A DNA stretch of 64,000 bases. Source: Parcubacteria group bacterium Gr01-1014_31 (GTDB taxonomy: Bacteria > Patescibacteriota > Patescibacteriia > Buchananbacterales > GWA2-38-13). The position numbers were made by a program, and so were the translations under genes. The DNA lies in NCBI GenBank assembly GCA_007376135.1, contig VMFR01000002.1, positions 28,870-92,869 on the forward strand. The letters run 5' to 3'. Positions 51,706 to 61,512 of the stretch are shown here, piece after piece. Within the stretch, counting starts at the first letter, position 1; each line of letters opens with the position of its first letter. The notes below the pieces were generated by a model. The model saw only the letters and a program-made list of their open reading frames with translations, was not told the DNA's origin and made no database searches.

Positions 51706-52029
51706 ACCACGCTTGACAGAAAAATGGGCCGGATAGCCGCGACTGCCGGTGCAAAAAATCCGTTGTGGATAAACGTTTTCACGCTTTCGTGAAACACAAT
51801 GAAACCGCGGTTTCCGACGCGCAAAACGCGTCTTTCTTTTTTTCTTGTCGCCAATTTTGCAGGCGTGCTATACTCACCAACGCACCCAAAATAAACACCA
51901 ACCTGGACCCCCTCAGAGCAGCCTGGTCGAAGGAGGCCCGCCAGGTTCTTGGACACTTTAAAAGACAGGGAGTTTCCCTGCAGCCCCGGATGCTGAAAGG
52001 AGACTCTCTGTTTTCTTAACACTCTCCGT

Positions 52030-55000
52030 ATGACCCCGAAGCGATCCGTGTCCGACGCCGTGGACACGAGTACCCCGTCCATGACGGGGGTAGCCGCCGT
52101 GACGGAACCGTCGCCGTTCCGTTATCACCCCGAGGGGATGAAATTCCCCCGCTACTTCACCAAAGCGGGCGTGGATCCGTACGCCGTGGTGCACTACGAC
52201 CGCCGGTCCAGCGTCATCCGCGAAACCGACGGGCGCGAGGTCTTCCGCATGGATGACGTGGAGGTGCCCAGCTCCTGGAGCCAGGTGGCAACCGACATTT
52301 TGGCGCAAAAGTACTTCCGCAAGACCGGGGTACCCCAACTGGACGAAAATGGCGCAGTGGTGCGAAATCCTGACGGTTCCGCCGTGTTAGGACCGGAACG
52401 GTCGGTCAAGCAGGTGGTCCACCGACTTGCCGGCTGCTGGCGGTACTGGGGCGAGCGCTACGGGTACTTTGCGACCGCCGAGGACGCCCAGGCCTTCTAC
52501 GATGAAGTGGTCTTCATGCTGCTGACCCAGCGGGCGGCCCCGAATTCCCCGCAGTGGTTCAACACCGGCCTGCACTGGGCCTACCAGATCAATAGCAAGG
52601 CGCAGGGCCACTGGTACATCGACCCCGACACTGGGAAAATGACGCGCGCCGTCTCGGCCTACGAACACCCGCAGCCGCACGCCTGCTTCATTCAGGCCGT
52701 CAACGACGACCTGGTCAACGAGGGCGGCATCATGGACCTGTGGGTCCGCGAAGCGCGGCTGTTCAAGTACGGCTCGGGCACCGGCACCAACTTCTCTTCC
52801 CTGCGCGGCAGCGGCGAGCGGCTGTCGGGCGGCGGCAAGTCGTCAGGGCTGAAGTCGTGGCTCAAGATCGGCGACGCCGCGGCGGCCGGCATCAAGTCGG
52901 GCGGCACGACGCGCCGCGCGGCCAAGATGGTGATCCTGGACATCGACCACCCCGACGTGGAGTGGTTCATCAATTGGAAAGCGCGGGAGGAAAAGAAGGT
53001 GGCCGCGATGGTCGCCGCCGGCTACGACTCGGCCTACGAGGGTGAAGCCTACCAGACCGTCTCGGGTCAGAACTCCAACAACTCCGTCCGGCTGCCCAAC
53101 AACTTCATCAAGGCGGTCCTCAATGACCAACCCTGGGAGCTCAAAGGCCGCATCGACGCCTCGGCCAACCGCACCATCAAGGCCCGCGAGCTGTGGGACC
53201 AGGTCGCCAACGCCGCCTGGGCGTGCGCCGACCCGGGCGTGCAATTTGACACCACCATCAACGAATGGGGCACCTGCCCGCAATCGGGCAAGATCCGCGC
53301 CACCAACCCCTGCTCAGAATACGTATTCCTGGACAACACCGCCTGCAACCTGGCCTCCATCAACCTGGCGCTCTTCTTTGACACCCAGACCAAGACCTTC
53401 GACGTGCCCGGCTTCACCTACGCCGCACGGCTGTGGACCACCATTCTGGAAATTTCGGTCCTGATGTCCGCCTCCCCCAGCCGCGAGATCGCCGACGGCA
53501 CCTACAACTTCCGGACGCTGGGCCTGGGCTACGCCAACCTCGGCGCCGTCCTGATGACGTCGGGCATCCCCTACGACAGTCCGGAGGCGCTGGGCTTCGC
53601 CGGCGCGGTCACCGCGCTGATGACGGGCGTCTCCTACCGGACGTCGGCGGAAATGGCGAAGTTCCTCGGCACCTTCCCCGAATTCACGAAGAACCGCGGC
53701 GACATGCTGCGGGTCATGCGCAACCACCGCCGCGCCGCCTACAACGCCAAAGCGGAGGAATATGAAGGCCTGACGGTCAGCCCGATGGGCATTGAGCCGG
53801 CCTACGCGCCCACCTACCTCCTCACGGCCGCCCGCAAATCGTGGGACGAAGCCATCTCCTGGGGCGAACAGCACGGCTACCGCAACGCCCAGACCACGCT
53901 GCTGGCGCCGACGGGCACCATCGGCCTCCTGATGGACTGCGCCACGACCGGCGTCGAGCCGGACTTCGCGCTGGTCAAATTCAAGAAACTGGCCGGTGGC
54001 GGCTACTTTAAGATCGTCAACGAAGCGGTGCCGGTGGCGATTTCCGCGCTGGGTTACACAGAGAGCCAGATCACGGACATCACCGCCTACCTGCGCGGCC
54101 GCGGCACGCTCGTCGGCGCGCCGCACGTCAACCCGCTAGCGCTCAAAGCCAAGGGGCTGACGGACGCCGAGATCGCGAAAGTGGAAACGGCGCTGAAGGC
54201 CGCGTTCGCGCTGGAATTCGTCTTCACGGCCACCACGCTGTCGGACGCGACGCTCCAACGCCTGGGCTTCACCCCGGCCGAGTACGCAGCGCCGGGCTTC
54301 AACCTGCTGTCCCGCCTGGGCTTCACTTCCGAGCAGCTCCAGGAAGCCAACGAGTACGTCTGCGGCACGATGACTATCGAAGGCGCCCCGCACCTGAAGG
54401 CCGAGCACGAACCCGTCTTTGACTGCGCCAACAAGTGCGGCGCGAAGGGCAAGCGCTACATCCACTTCATGGGCCACGTGCGGATGCTGGCGGCGGTACA
54501 GCCGTTCCTGTCGGGCTCCATCTCCAAAACCATCAACATGCCGAATGATGCGACCGTCGCCGAAGTGGAGCAGGTCTACATGGAGTCCTGGCGGCTGTGC
54601 CTGAAATGCCTGTCCATCTACCGCGACGGCTGCAAGCTGTCCCAGCCGCTGGCCACCTCCGCCAAGGGCACGGGCAAGAAGTCCGAGGCCGAGACGGCGG
54701 CTGCCCCCGCGCCAGTCGCACCGGCGGTGAACACCCCCGTTGCCGCTCCCCTCGCCGCTCCGGTCGCAACGGTCGCGGAACTGCCCAAATCGTCTGGCCG
54801 CCGGGTGTTCCTGCATGGGGAAAAGCGCGAACTGCCCTACAAGCGCAGCGGCATCACGGTGGAAGCCGAGATCACCGGCCACAAAGTTTTCCTGCGCACC
54901 GGCGAATACCCCGACGGCAGCCTGGGCGAGATATTCATTGACATGTACAAGGAGGGTGCCGCCTACCGCAGCATCATGAACAGCTTCGCCGTGGCGGTTT

Positions 55001-55473
55001 CCACCGCACTGAAGTATGGCGTACCGCTGGAAAAACTCATCACCAAATTCACCTTCACGCGCTTTGAGCCGTCCGGCCCGACCTCACACCCCAACGTCAA
55101 ATTCTGCACGTCGGTGCTGGACTTCATCTTCCGCATACTAGCCATGGAGTACCTCGGCCGCACCGACCTGGTGCAGGTGCCGCCGACGGGCGTGCAGAAG
55201 AACCGCGCCGCACAGCTGGCGGCGCTCGCCGTCCACCAGCAGGCACTGGAATTACCGTCCACGCCGACGGCCACCGTTGCGGAAGCGGCCGTGAGCAGCG
55301 ACCCGGGGTCGGCCGCCAGCATGGACGTGAAGACCGACACCAGCCAGATCAATTCGTTCCTGGGCCAGATGATGGGCGACGCGCCGCTGTGCGACACCTG
55401 CGGCCACGTCATGATCCGCAACGCCTCCTGCTACAAGTGCCTTAACTGCGGCAGCACGAGCGGATGTAGTTGA
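52030..55473 (+). CDS. nrdJ: class II (adenosylcobalamin-dependent) ribonucleoside-diphosphate/triphosphate reductase, long form with C-terminal Zn ribbon
   Basis: Active-site NPCSEY and ten-stranded barrel motifs. C-terminal CDTCGHVMIRNASCYKCLNCG zinc finger. 1147 aa. An Ala/Pro linker accounts for the extra length; no intein blocks found. Confidence 0.85.
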   Translation: MTPKRSVSDAVDTSTPSMTGVAAVTEPSPFRYHPEGMKFPRYFTKAGVDPYAVVHYDRRSSVIRETDGREVFRMDDVEVPSSWSQVATDILAQKYFRKTGVPQLDENGAVVRNPDGSAVLGPERSVKQVVHRLAGCWRYWGERYGYFATAEDAQAFYDEVVFMLLTQRAAPNSPQWFNTGLHWAYQINSKAQGHWYIDPDTGKMTRAVSAYEHPQPHACFIQAVNDDLVNEGGIMDLWVREARLFKYGSGTGTNFSSLRGSGERLSGGGKSSGLKSWLKIGDAAAAGIKSGGTTRRAAKMVILDIDHPDVEWFINWKAREEKKVAAMVAAGYDSAYEGEAYQTVSGQNSNNSVRLPNNFIKAVLNDQPWELKGRIDASANRTIKARELWDQVANAAWACADPGVQFDTTINEWGTCPQSGKIRATNPCSEYVFLDNTACNLASINLALFFDTQTKTFDVPGFTYAARLWTTILEISVLMSASPSREIADGTYNFRTLGLGYANLGAVLMTSGIPYDSPEALGFAGAVTALMTGVSYRTSAEMAKFLGTFPEFTKNRGDMLRVMRNHRRAAYNAKAEEYEGLTVSPMGIEPAYAPTYLLTAARKSWDEAISWGEQHGYRNAQTTLLAPTGTIGLLMDCATTGVEPDFALVKFKKLAGGGYFKIVNEAVPVAISALGYTESQITDITAYLRGRGTLVGAPHVNPLALKAKGLTDAEIAKVETALKAAFALEFVFTATTLSDATLQRLGFTPAEYAAPGFNLLSRLGFTSEQLQEANEYVCGTMTIEGAPHLKAEHEPVFDCANKCGAKGKRYIHFMGHVRMLAAVQPFLSGSISKTINMPNDATVAEVEQVYMESWRLCLKCLSIYRDGCKLSQPLATSAKGTGKKSEAETAAAPAPVAPAVNTPVAAPLAAPVATVAELPKSSGRRVFLHGEKRELPYKRSGITVEAEITGHKVFLRTGEYPDGSLGEIFIDMYKEGAAYRSIMNSFAVAVSTALKYGVPLEKLITKFTFTRFEPSGPTSHPNVKFCTSVLDFIFRILAMEYLGRTDLVQVPPTGVQKNRAAQLAALAVHQQALELPSTPTATVAEAAVSSDPGSAASMDVKTDTSQINSFLGQMMGDAPLCDTCGHVMIRNASCYKCLNCGSTSGCS

Positions 55474-55560
55474 CCTCGCCCGAAGGGCGGGGTCATCCCG
55501 AGCGAAGTCCGCCGGAGGCGGACGACGTCGAGGGATTTCTTCCATTGACGAGCGGGCGCC

Positions 55561-55591
55561 GAGGGGCGGGATGGTTTCCGCCCCTCTTTTT
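55561..55591 (+). terminator. rho-independent terminator after nrdJ
   Basis: GAGGGGCGGGATGGTTTCCGCCCCTCTTTTT. Confidence 0.6.
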
Positions 55592-55943
55592 GTTCCCCCG
55601 CCGCCGCAACAAGTGAGGGCCGATGTACATCGGCCCGACCGCCAGCGAGGTGAGCGGGAAACAACCCCGCACTAATTTTGCCGCTCACCATACACCTCAC
55701 TCGAATTTGAGATGATCGAAACAGGCGCTTGTGGAGCGCGTGGGCGAATAGCCCTCCCTGTGCTGGACGCAGCGCTCCACCGCGAATACTCTCGCGACAT
55801 TAGTGCGGGGTGTTTAACCACAAAACGTCGCGCTTGCAGCGGGTTTCGTCCCTGTGCTACCGTAGCCCATTGGCGGCGGCACGTTGCTTTCGCCCGCATC
55901 CCGACGCTTCGGGACAGCCCTTTCAGAAAGGACGTTGTCCGCG

Positions 55944-56147
55944 ATGAACTCGGACACCATCATCAAGGCCTGCCTGGTCGTCTACGTCATCTCCGGCGTC
56001 GTGCTGGCGGTGCTGGGGGTCACCCAGGAGGCGGGCAAGACCGGCTTGGCCGGCGGCATCACCCATCTGGTCATGTTCGTCGTGCTGGTCGCAGCCTTCG
56101 TCCATTCCGAACTCAAGGAGCGCCGCAACAAGCTGCGGTCCTACTGA
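55944..56147 (+). CDS. small 2-TM membrane protein
   Basis: ATG at 55944 (MNSDTIIKACLVVYVISGVVLAVLGV...). A terminator hairpin GCCACCCTTCCCCAAGGGTGGCTTCTTTTT follows at 56180..56209. Confidence 0.45.
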   Translation: MNSDTIIKACLVVYVISGVVLAVLGVTQEAGKTGLAGGITHLVMFVVLVAAFVHSELKERRNKLRSY

Positions 56148-56208
56148 CCGCCGATGCCCGTTCCGGCACTTTTGCTGACGCCACCCTTCCCCAAGGGTGG
56201 CTTCTTTT

Positions 56209-56467
56209 TAATCTCCTACCTCCGCAGCAAGGGACACAGCTCTTTCGCGGAAAGGGCTGTGGACCGCCAGCGAGGAAGGTAGGAGATTAACCCGCCAAAA
56301 GTCATGGAGATGATGTTGCTTTTAGATTAAAGTGAGCCGAAGGCGGTAGACCCCGTTAGACAATGGATGAGTGTAGTTTGTTGTGGTTTGCATGGCCGCC
56401 ACATTGAGATGAAGCCGCAAGAAAAAAGGGATTTGACCATTGTCTAACGGGGTAGACCGCGCCGAAG
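56209..56467. repeat. left long inverted repeat: hairpin module plus MITE-like element (core 56344..56460, 22-bp TIRs)
   Basis: Hairpin TAATCTCCTACCT...AGGTAGGAGATTA, then TTAACCCGCC spacer. The MITE-like core is GGTAGACCCCGTTAGACAATGG [73 nt] CCATTGTCTAACGGGGTAGACC. Confidence 0.7.
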
Positions 56468-56624
56468 AAACGTGTATAGGTACTTCCGAGTTCGCGGACT
56501 GTCGGCGGGTTAGTTCCTCTGAAACATAGAATGGCCGGAGGTGTTGCGGAGGCTGGAAATAAAAAGAACCCCGGCATGGAAATGCACGGGGTCCTGCGGA
56601 ATGAACGGGGACGGCTCCGAATGC

Positions 56625-56939
56625 CTAGGCCGGCTCGGGGGTCGGCGGCGCGGGTTCGACGGACGGCGGGATCGGCGGCATCTCGGTGATGAGCACCGCT
56701 TTGTCCCCGCGCTTCTTGTCGCGCCAACGCTGCCAAATCTCCTTGGCGTGGCCGATCTTGGTGCCCTTGAGCACCATCCAGCACGGGCCGCCGCGGCACA
56801 CGGGGTTGGGAATGGTTTCCACCTCGTGGCAGCCGGCGGGGAACACCCCGCCGGGCAGTGAGGCGGCCTTCTTGGCGTCGCCCTCGCCCTGCTCGACGAC
56901 CTGCAGCACGGGCAGGTCAACCTTCGAGGTAATGAACAT
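56625..56939 (-). CDS. hypothetical Cys/His-containing small protein (cargo gene 2)
   Basis: AGGAGG RBS 7 nt upstream. MFITSKVDLPVLQVV...PAGCHEVETIPNPVCRGGPCWMV...IGHAKEIWQRWRDKKRGDK, with a Pro-rich tail. Confidence 0.45.
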   Translation of the reverse strand: MFITSKVDLPVLQVVEQGEGDAKKAASLPGGVFPAGCHEVETIPNPVCRGGPCWMVLKGTKIGHAKEIWQRWRDKKRGDKAVLITEMPPIPPSVEPAPPTPEPA

Positions 56940-56988
56940 AGCAAAACCTCCTAACGGTTGTGGTTGATGGTAGTGTTGGCGCTGCCGG

Positions 56989-58029
56989 CTATAGTCGCAG
57001 CGCCTCGACATCCCGCTGGTCGCGCAGCTGGTAGTCCAGCCCGACATGGTCCAGAACGCGGCACAGTCCGCGCAACGCGACACCCATACCCAAAGCCCCG
57101 CTGACGCCGCCGAACCGCCCCCCGCCCAGCAGGTGGGGCTCCAGCACGACCGCCGGCTCGCCCAGCGCCCGTTCGTAGAACGCCGCGAACTGCCCGGCCA
57201 CGTCCGACAGGATGGGCTCGGGCCGCGCCAGACCCCGGGTGCCGTCAGGCGGCACGTAGTGGGACAGCGCGTCCTCGTCTACTGGTCCGAAGCCCTCGGG
57301 CCGCGGACCATCGTAGAACTTGGCGTGGAACTCGGCCACGCTGCCCTCCATTAGACGCCACTCCGCCCACGGGTCCAGGCCCTGCGAGTAGACGTTGCCC
57401 CAGTCCCAGATGCAGCAGAGCGTCCGCCGCCGGTGGATATCCCACAACCTCCCCGCGATCGCCATGCACGCCGCGCCGCGGTTCCCGACCAAGTTGGCCT
57501 CCACCTCCAAGAGCGGGAGAATACGCTTATTGATGAAGATGTCGACGATCGGCGCCAGCCGCTCCACGGCCTGCTCGATGTACCCGACCTGGCCACTGTC
57601 TGGCGGCGGGTAGAATGAGAACAGGCGAACGGCCTTCACGTTGAGCTTCTCGGCGACCGCGGCAGCCGGGTGGACGACCTCGTCGAGGTAACGCGCGGGT
57701 TCGAAGTACGGCACGCTGGTGCCGTCAGGGACATCCCGCAGCTTGACCTTGCCGATGCCCGAACCCAGACAGTGGGCGGCAAGGCCGTAGGCGCGCTGGG
57801 CGTCAAGGACGGTGGCGAGCTGCGCATCGGTGAGTTTGCCGACGTTCACGATGTCGGGCTTGTCCTGCGTGCCGAAGTTGAACCACCGCGGCACCCACCA
57901 CGACAAACCCAGGGCCGACCCGACGGCCAACTGGTACTCGACGGACGCGATCACCTGCGCGCCGTCCTGGGGCTGCGTACACTCATCCAGGAATGCCGCC
58001 AGCCGAACCTCACGGCCTCTCTGTCGCAT
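56989..58029 (-). CDS. xylose-isomerase-like TIM-barrel sugar-phosphate isomerase/epimerase family protein (cargo gene 1)
   Basis: AAGGAGG RBS. ATG at 58029 (MRQRGREVRLAAF...). Family assignment is tentative (LLEVEAN, EPH acidic/His positions). The listed 35-codon N-terminal extension was rejected. Confidence 0.45.
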   Translation of the reverse strand: MRQRGREVRLAAFLDECTQPQDGAQVIASVEYQLAVGSALGLSWWVPRWFNFGTQDKPDIVNVGKLTDAQLATVLDAQRAYGLAAHCLGSGIGKVKLRDVPDGTSVPYFEPARYLDEVVHPAAAVAEKLNVKAVRLFSFYPPPDSGQVGYIEQAVERLAPIVDIFINKRILPLLEVEANLVGNRGAACMAIAGRLWDIHRRRTLCCIWDWGNVYSQGLDPWAEWRLMEGSVAEFHAKFYDGPRPEGFGPVDEDALSHYVPPDGTRGLARPEPILSDVAGQFAAFYERALGEPAVVLEPHLLGGGRFGGVSGALGMGVALRGLCRVLDHVGLDYQLRDQRDVEALRL

Positions 58030-58388
58030 GACAAATACCTCCTTGTCAAAGGGCCTTAGAAAACGAGGGAAAAAGACGAAAGAGCGAAAACGTACCATAC
58101 AAAATTTCCGGGAGAATGTCAACGAGCACCACAAAACAAGTACTCACATCTTTTCTTGACAAGAATCTATAAATACACTAGTATTTATTCCTTAACATAA
58201 ACTATTGCTCCGCTCTTTCTCCACCCCGCTCCTTCACGACTTTTGACCCAGGGAATGCCTTTCTACGTCAGTAGGAGTTTCACATTCCTTGGGTCTTTTC
58301 TTGTTGCCTGCATTGCACTTAGTAATGGATACAAACCCGCCTCCAGCCCACGAACTGGGTAATGAGTATTTGCATGTTGGTACGGCGC

Positions 58389-58621
58389 GGTCTACCCCGT
58401 TAGACAATGGTCAAACCCCTTTTTTCTTTCTTCTTCATCCCAATGTGGTGGACTGCGCAAACCACAACGAACTATATTCGTCCATTGTCTAACGGGGTCT
58501 ACCGCCTGCGGCTCGTTCAAACAATAACCAAATTCTCCGTCCGACTTTCGGCGGGTTAACCTCACACTCGCCTCGCTGCGGTCGTAAACTCCCTTGCTGT
58601 GGCGGCGTGAGGTTAAAAAAT
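58389..58621. repeat. right long inverted repeat: MITE-like element (core 58389..58503) plus hairpin module, inverse orientation of 56209..56467
   Basis: GGTCTACCCCGTTAGACAATGG [71 nt] CCATTGTCTAACGGGGTCTACC. Its interior is the reverse complement of the left copy's interior. Then ...GGCGGGTTAACCTCACAC...GTGAGGTTAA hairpin, homologous (inverted) to the left hairpin module. Confidence 0.7.
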
Positions 58622-58858
58622 AGGCCTGCCCCTGGAAAGGAAGCAGGCCCGGCGCAGAGGGGAGGAATTACCCATTTCCCCTTGGCATCCGCGCAATGAC
58701 CGTACCGTTCTCCGGCACACGGTCATGGCGCAACGATGATGGTAGATAATCGCGCACATTAAGTCAAATCATCAATTGACGGATGGTTGCCGGCATGCTG
58801 CAATACCAGCGGCGTCCGCGCGTCCTGGGCACGGAGCACGGTGCACTGAGCACAACAT

Positions 58859-59425
58859 ATGCGTATCTACACGAAAACCGGCGATGATGGCACCACGGGG
58901 ATGTTCGGCGCCGGCCGCATTCCCAAACACCACCCCCGCGTGGCCGCCAACGGCGACGTGGATGAGCTCAACGCCTGGCTGGGACTGTGCCGGGCGCGCG
59001 TGCAGAACTCCGCTGCGGCGCCGCTCGCCGCGCTGCTAGCCCGCATCCAAAACACGCTGTTTTCCGTCGGGGCGCAGATCACGACGCCCCAGCAGTCGGC
59101 CGCCTACGCCAATATCCCTAAAGTGGTAGCTGCCGACATCACGTGGCTGGAAGCCGCCATTGACCGGCTCACCGTGGACCTGCCGGAGTTGACCCAGTTC
59201 ATCCTGCCGGGCGGGAGCCTCGCTGCATCCATGCTGCACGTCGCGCGCACCGTGTGTCGTCGCGCCGAACGGTCGGTGGCCGCGGCCCGCGCCGCCGACA
59301 TTCCGCTGGACCCGCTGGTGCTGCAATACCTCAACCGCCTATCGGACCTGCTGTTCACGATGGCGCGCTGGGCCAATCACTGTGAGCAAACACCTGAAAT
59401 TCCTTGGCAAAAGGGTAAGGGGTAA
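58859..59425 (+). CDS. ATP:cob(I)alamin adenosyltransferase, PduO-type
   Basis: Canonical MRIYTKTGDDGTTG N-terminus. 188 aa. Confidence 0.85.
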   Translation: MRIYTKTGDDGTTGMFGAGRIPKHHPRVAANGDVDELNAWLGLCRARVQNSAAAPLAALLARIQNTLFSVGAQITTPQQSAAYANIPKVVAADITWLEAAIDRLTVDLPELTQFILPGGSLAASMLHVARTVCRRAERSVAAARAADIPLDPLVLQYLNRLSDLLFTMARWANHCEQTPEIPWQKGKG

Positions 59426-59595
59426 TGAGGCACAGCCCGCCAAACACGAAGAAGCACGAAGCAAGAATTAAAAAGTAAGGGATCAGCCGCCGCAGTAATT
59501 ATCCCTTGCACTCGTAATGGCACGACAGGAACCGTTATGAGCGCGCGAAGCGGTTTCGCGCTTTCATCCATCGGCTCCTTACAGAAAGGGACATC

Positions 59596-59880
59596 GTGCC
59601 CCCACTCCACCTGGACGACACCCAGCAATGGTTTGTCGCCAACTTCCGCCGCGACCCCCAGGTCGCCAACCTTCGGTTGCGGGATGGGAACTGTCCCGAC
59701 CCGCCGCTCTCCCGCGAGCAGGTCCAGGCGTGGGATACCCACGCCAAGAGCTGCCGGCTGTGCGAATCCATGGTGGAATGCCACCACTTCAGCATTCGCC
59801 GCGCCGAGAACCGCCGCAAAAAGCTTGCGGCCGTCCCGCCTCCGCCCCGCGAACCGTCGTGGGAAGATATGGTGGAGTAA
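59596..59880 (+). CDS. possible small Cys-rich protein
   Basis: GTG start. CxxC...C-HH cluster KSCRLCESMVECHHF. Weak RBS, so uncertain. Confidence 0.25.
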   Translation: MPPLHLDDTQQWFVANFRRDPQVANLRLRDGNCPDPPLSREQVQAWDTHAKSCRLCESMVECHHFSIRRAENRRKKLAAVPPPPREPSWEDMVE

Positions 59881-59933
59881 CTCCGCCATACCACTCCCGC
59901 TCCGCTCTCTCGACCCCACCTGGGGTCTTTTTT

Positions 59934-60389
59934 TTATCCTCCGATATTCCTGCGCGGTATCTTACCGTGCTGATTCAACCTAGAAAGTTTGGAGATTGAA
60001 ATTGAACGCTGCCCATTCTTCTGCATTTTTCCCGCATTTTCCCAAGCAAGCCTACCTGAACCGTTATAAATTTCAATGGCCTCTTTACCATCCTTTAACT
60101 CGTTCAAATCAAGAACCAAGAGTAGGTTGGGCTCACTCCGCAGACCTACTGAGCGACCAAATGTGGCTTTAATTTGGATTTTTTCGCCATTGACCATTTC
60201 CGCATCATGTACGGGAGTACCGACCGGCAAAAGCTCAAGCTCGTACATATAATGGGCGACAACCTCTCCGATACTCCCCACTAGAAGCCCATCGGGCGAA
60301 AAACGTCGCCCAATAAACCTACTTTCGAGACGTCTTACAATCTGAAACAGCTCCTGTATCGCACTGGATACTGCGGAATGTTCAGACAT
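59934..60389 (-). CDS. hypothetical protein, low-GC ORFan co-transcribed after aguA
   Basis: AAAGGGG RBS 5 nt upstream. ATG lies 23 nt after the aguA stop. 151 aa, no recognisable motifs. GC ~45 %. Confidence 0.45.
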   Translation of the reverse strand: MSEHSAVSSAIQELFQIVRRLESRFIGRRFSPDGLLVGSIGEVVAHYMYELELLPVGTPVHDAEMVNGEKIQIKATFGRSVGLRSEPNLLLVLDLNELKDGKEAIEIYNGSGRLAWENAGKMQKNGQRSISISKLSRLNQHGKIPRRNIGG

Positions 60390-60411
60390 AACCCCTTTGA
60401 TTCTTGCTTCT

Positions 60412-61437
60412 TTATTCTAGCTTCTCCGGCCGCGGTTGCTGCTGCGTGCTGCAGTGAATAGTGCCAAAGCCCCACACCAGGTCCACACAGTCCACGCCCA
60501 CCACGCGCCGAGTCGGAAAATAACGCTGCAGGATTGCCATTGCGTCGGCATCCTGCGGGCAGTGGAACGTCGGCATGAGCACCACGGTATTGCCGATGTA
60601 GAAATTCGCGTAGCTGGCCGGCAGGCGCGTGTTGTCATAAATGACCGGAGCCGGCACGGGCAGAGGGACTATTGCTAGGGGCTTTCCGTCCTGGTCGCGC
60701 ATTCTTTGCAAGTCACGGTAATTCTGCTGCAAAATCGCGTAATCCTCATCAGCCGGGTCATCAATCAGCGGGCAGACAACGGTGGACGGATTCACGAACC
60801 GCGCCAGGTCATCAATGTGGCCGTCGGTGTCGTCCCCGGCAATCCCCTCCTTCAGCCACAGAATGTTGGTAACACCCAGGTGTTCGCGCAAGTACCCTTC
60901 TATCTGGTCGCGGTTGAACTGCGGGTTTCTGTTCTCGTTCAGCAGGCAGGACTCGGTGGTGAGCAGCGTGCCTTTGCCGTTCACTTCAATGGAGCCACCC
61001 TCCAATATCATTTGCGGTGTAACCAATGGCAACGACAGCAGCTCGGAAATCTTTTCCGGTACGGCGTCATCCAGGTTTGTTGGCCCCCACTTTTTGCCGT
61101 TGCCGTTGTACCCCCAGTCCAGGATGGTCAAGCCCTCGGGGCCATGGACGAACATCGGGCCGTGGTCGCGCGACCACGACGCGTTGGTTTCGATCTGGAA
61201 AAAATCCACCTGCCGCAGCGGCACGTTGCCGTCTTGCAAAAGCTCCCGCGCCTCGCGCTCCATCTCGGCATCATTAATACACAAAAAGACGCGCTCGCTT
61301 TGTGTGAGCGCCTTGATGATTTGCACGTAGGTGTTGGGAATGGGGCCAAACTTTCCCGGCCAGTGCTTGCGGTTGTGCGGCCAGGCCAGCCACGTGCCGT
61401 CGTGCGGCTCCCATTCAGCGGGTAGGCGATACAACAT
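60412..61437 (-). CDS. aguA: agmatine deiminase
   Basis: MLYRLPAEWEPHDGTWLAWPH N-terminus. A Cys-containing C-terminal GTIHCSTQQ-type motif. Confidence 0.85.
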   Translation of the reverse strand: MLYRLPAEWEPHDGTWLAWPHNRKHWPGKFGPIPNTYVQIIKALTQSERVFLCINDAEMEREARELLQDGNVPLRQVDFFQIETNASWSRDHGPMFVHGPEGLTILDWGYNGNGKKWGPTNLDDAVPEKISELLSLPLVTPQMILEGGSIEVNGKGTLLTTESCLLNENRNPQFNRDQIEGYLREHLGVTNILWLKEGIAGDDTDGHIDDLARFVNPSTVVCPLIDDPADEDYAILQQNYRDLQRMRDQDGKPLAIVPLPVPAPVIYDNTRLPASYANFYIGNTVVLMPTFHCPQDADAMAILQRYFPTRRVVGVDCVDLVWGFGTIHCSTQQQPRPEKLE

Positions 61438-61512
61438 GGATAGAAATTTCCAATTTTCAATTCACAATTTCCAATGAATTTTCAATGAATCAATTTTCAA
61501 ACTGCTTGGTAT

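Noticed and set aside
51713-52029. Cobalamin riboswitch in the nrdJ leader
   Set aside because: No B12-box (GCCACUG-like) or conserved aptamer core was recognised. Only short palindromes are present.
52030-55473. Intein in the unusually long NrdJ
   Set aside because: No Hint/LAGLIDADG blocks and no C/S/T-HN splice junctions. The extra length is explained by an Ala/Pro-rich linker and a C-terminal zinc ribbon.
56367-56437. 27-codon ORF inside the MITE-like element
   Set aside because: Too short, no RBS, and the sequence is better explained as repeat interior.
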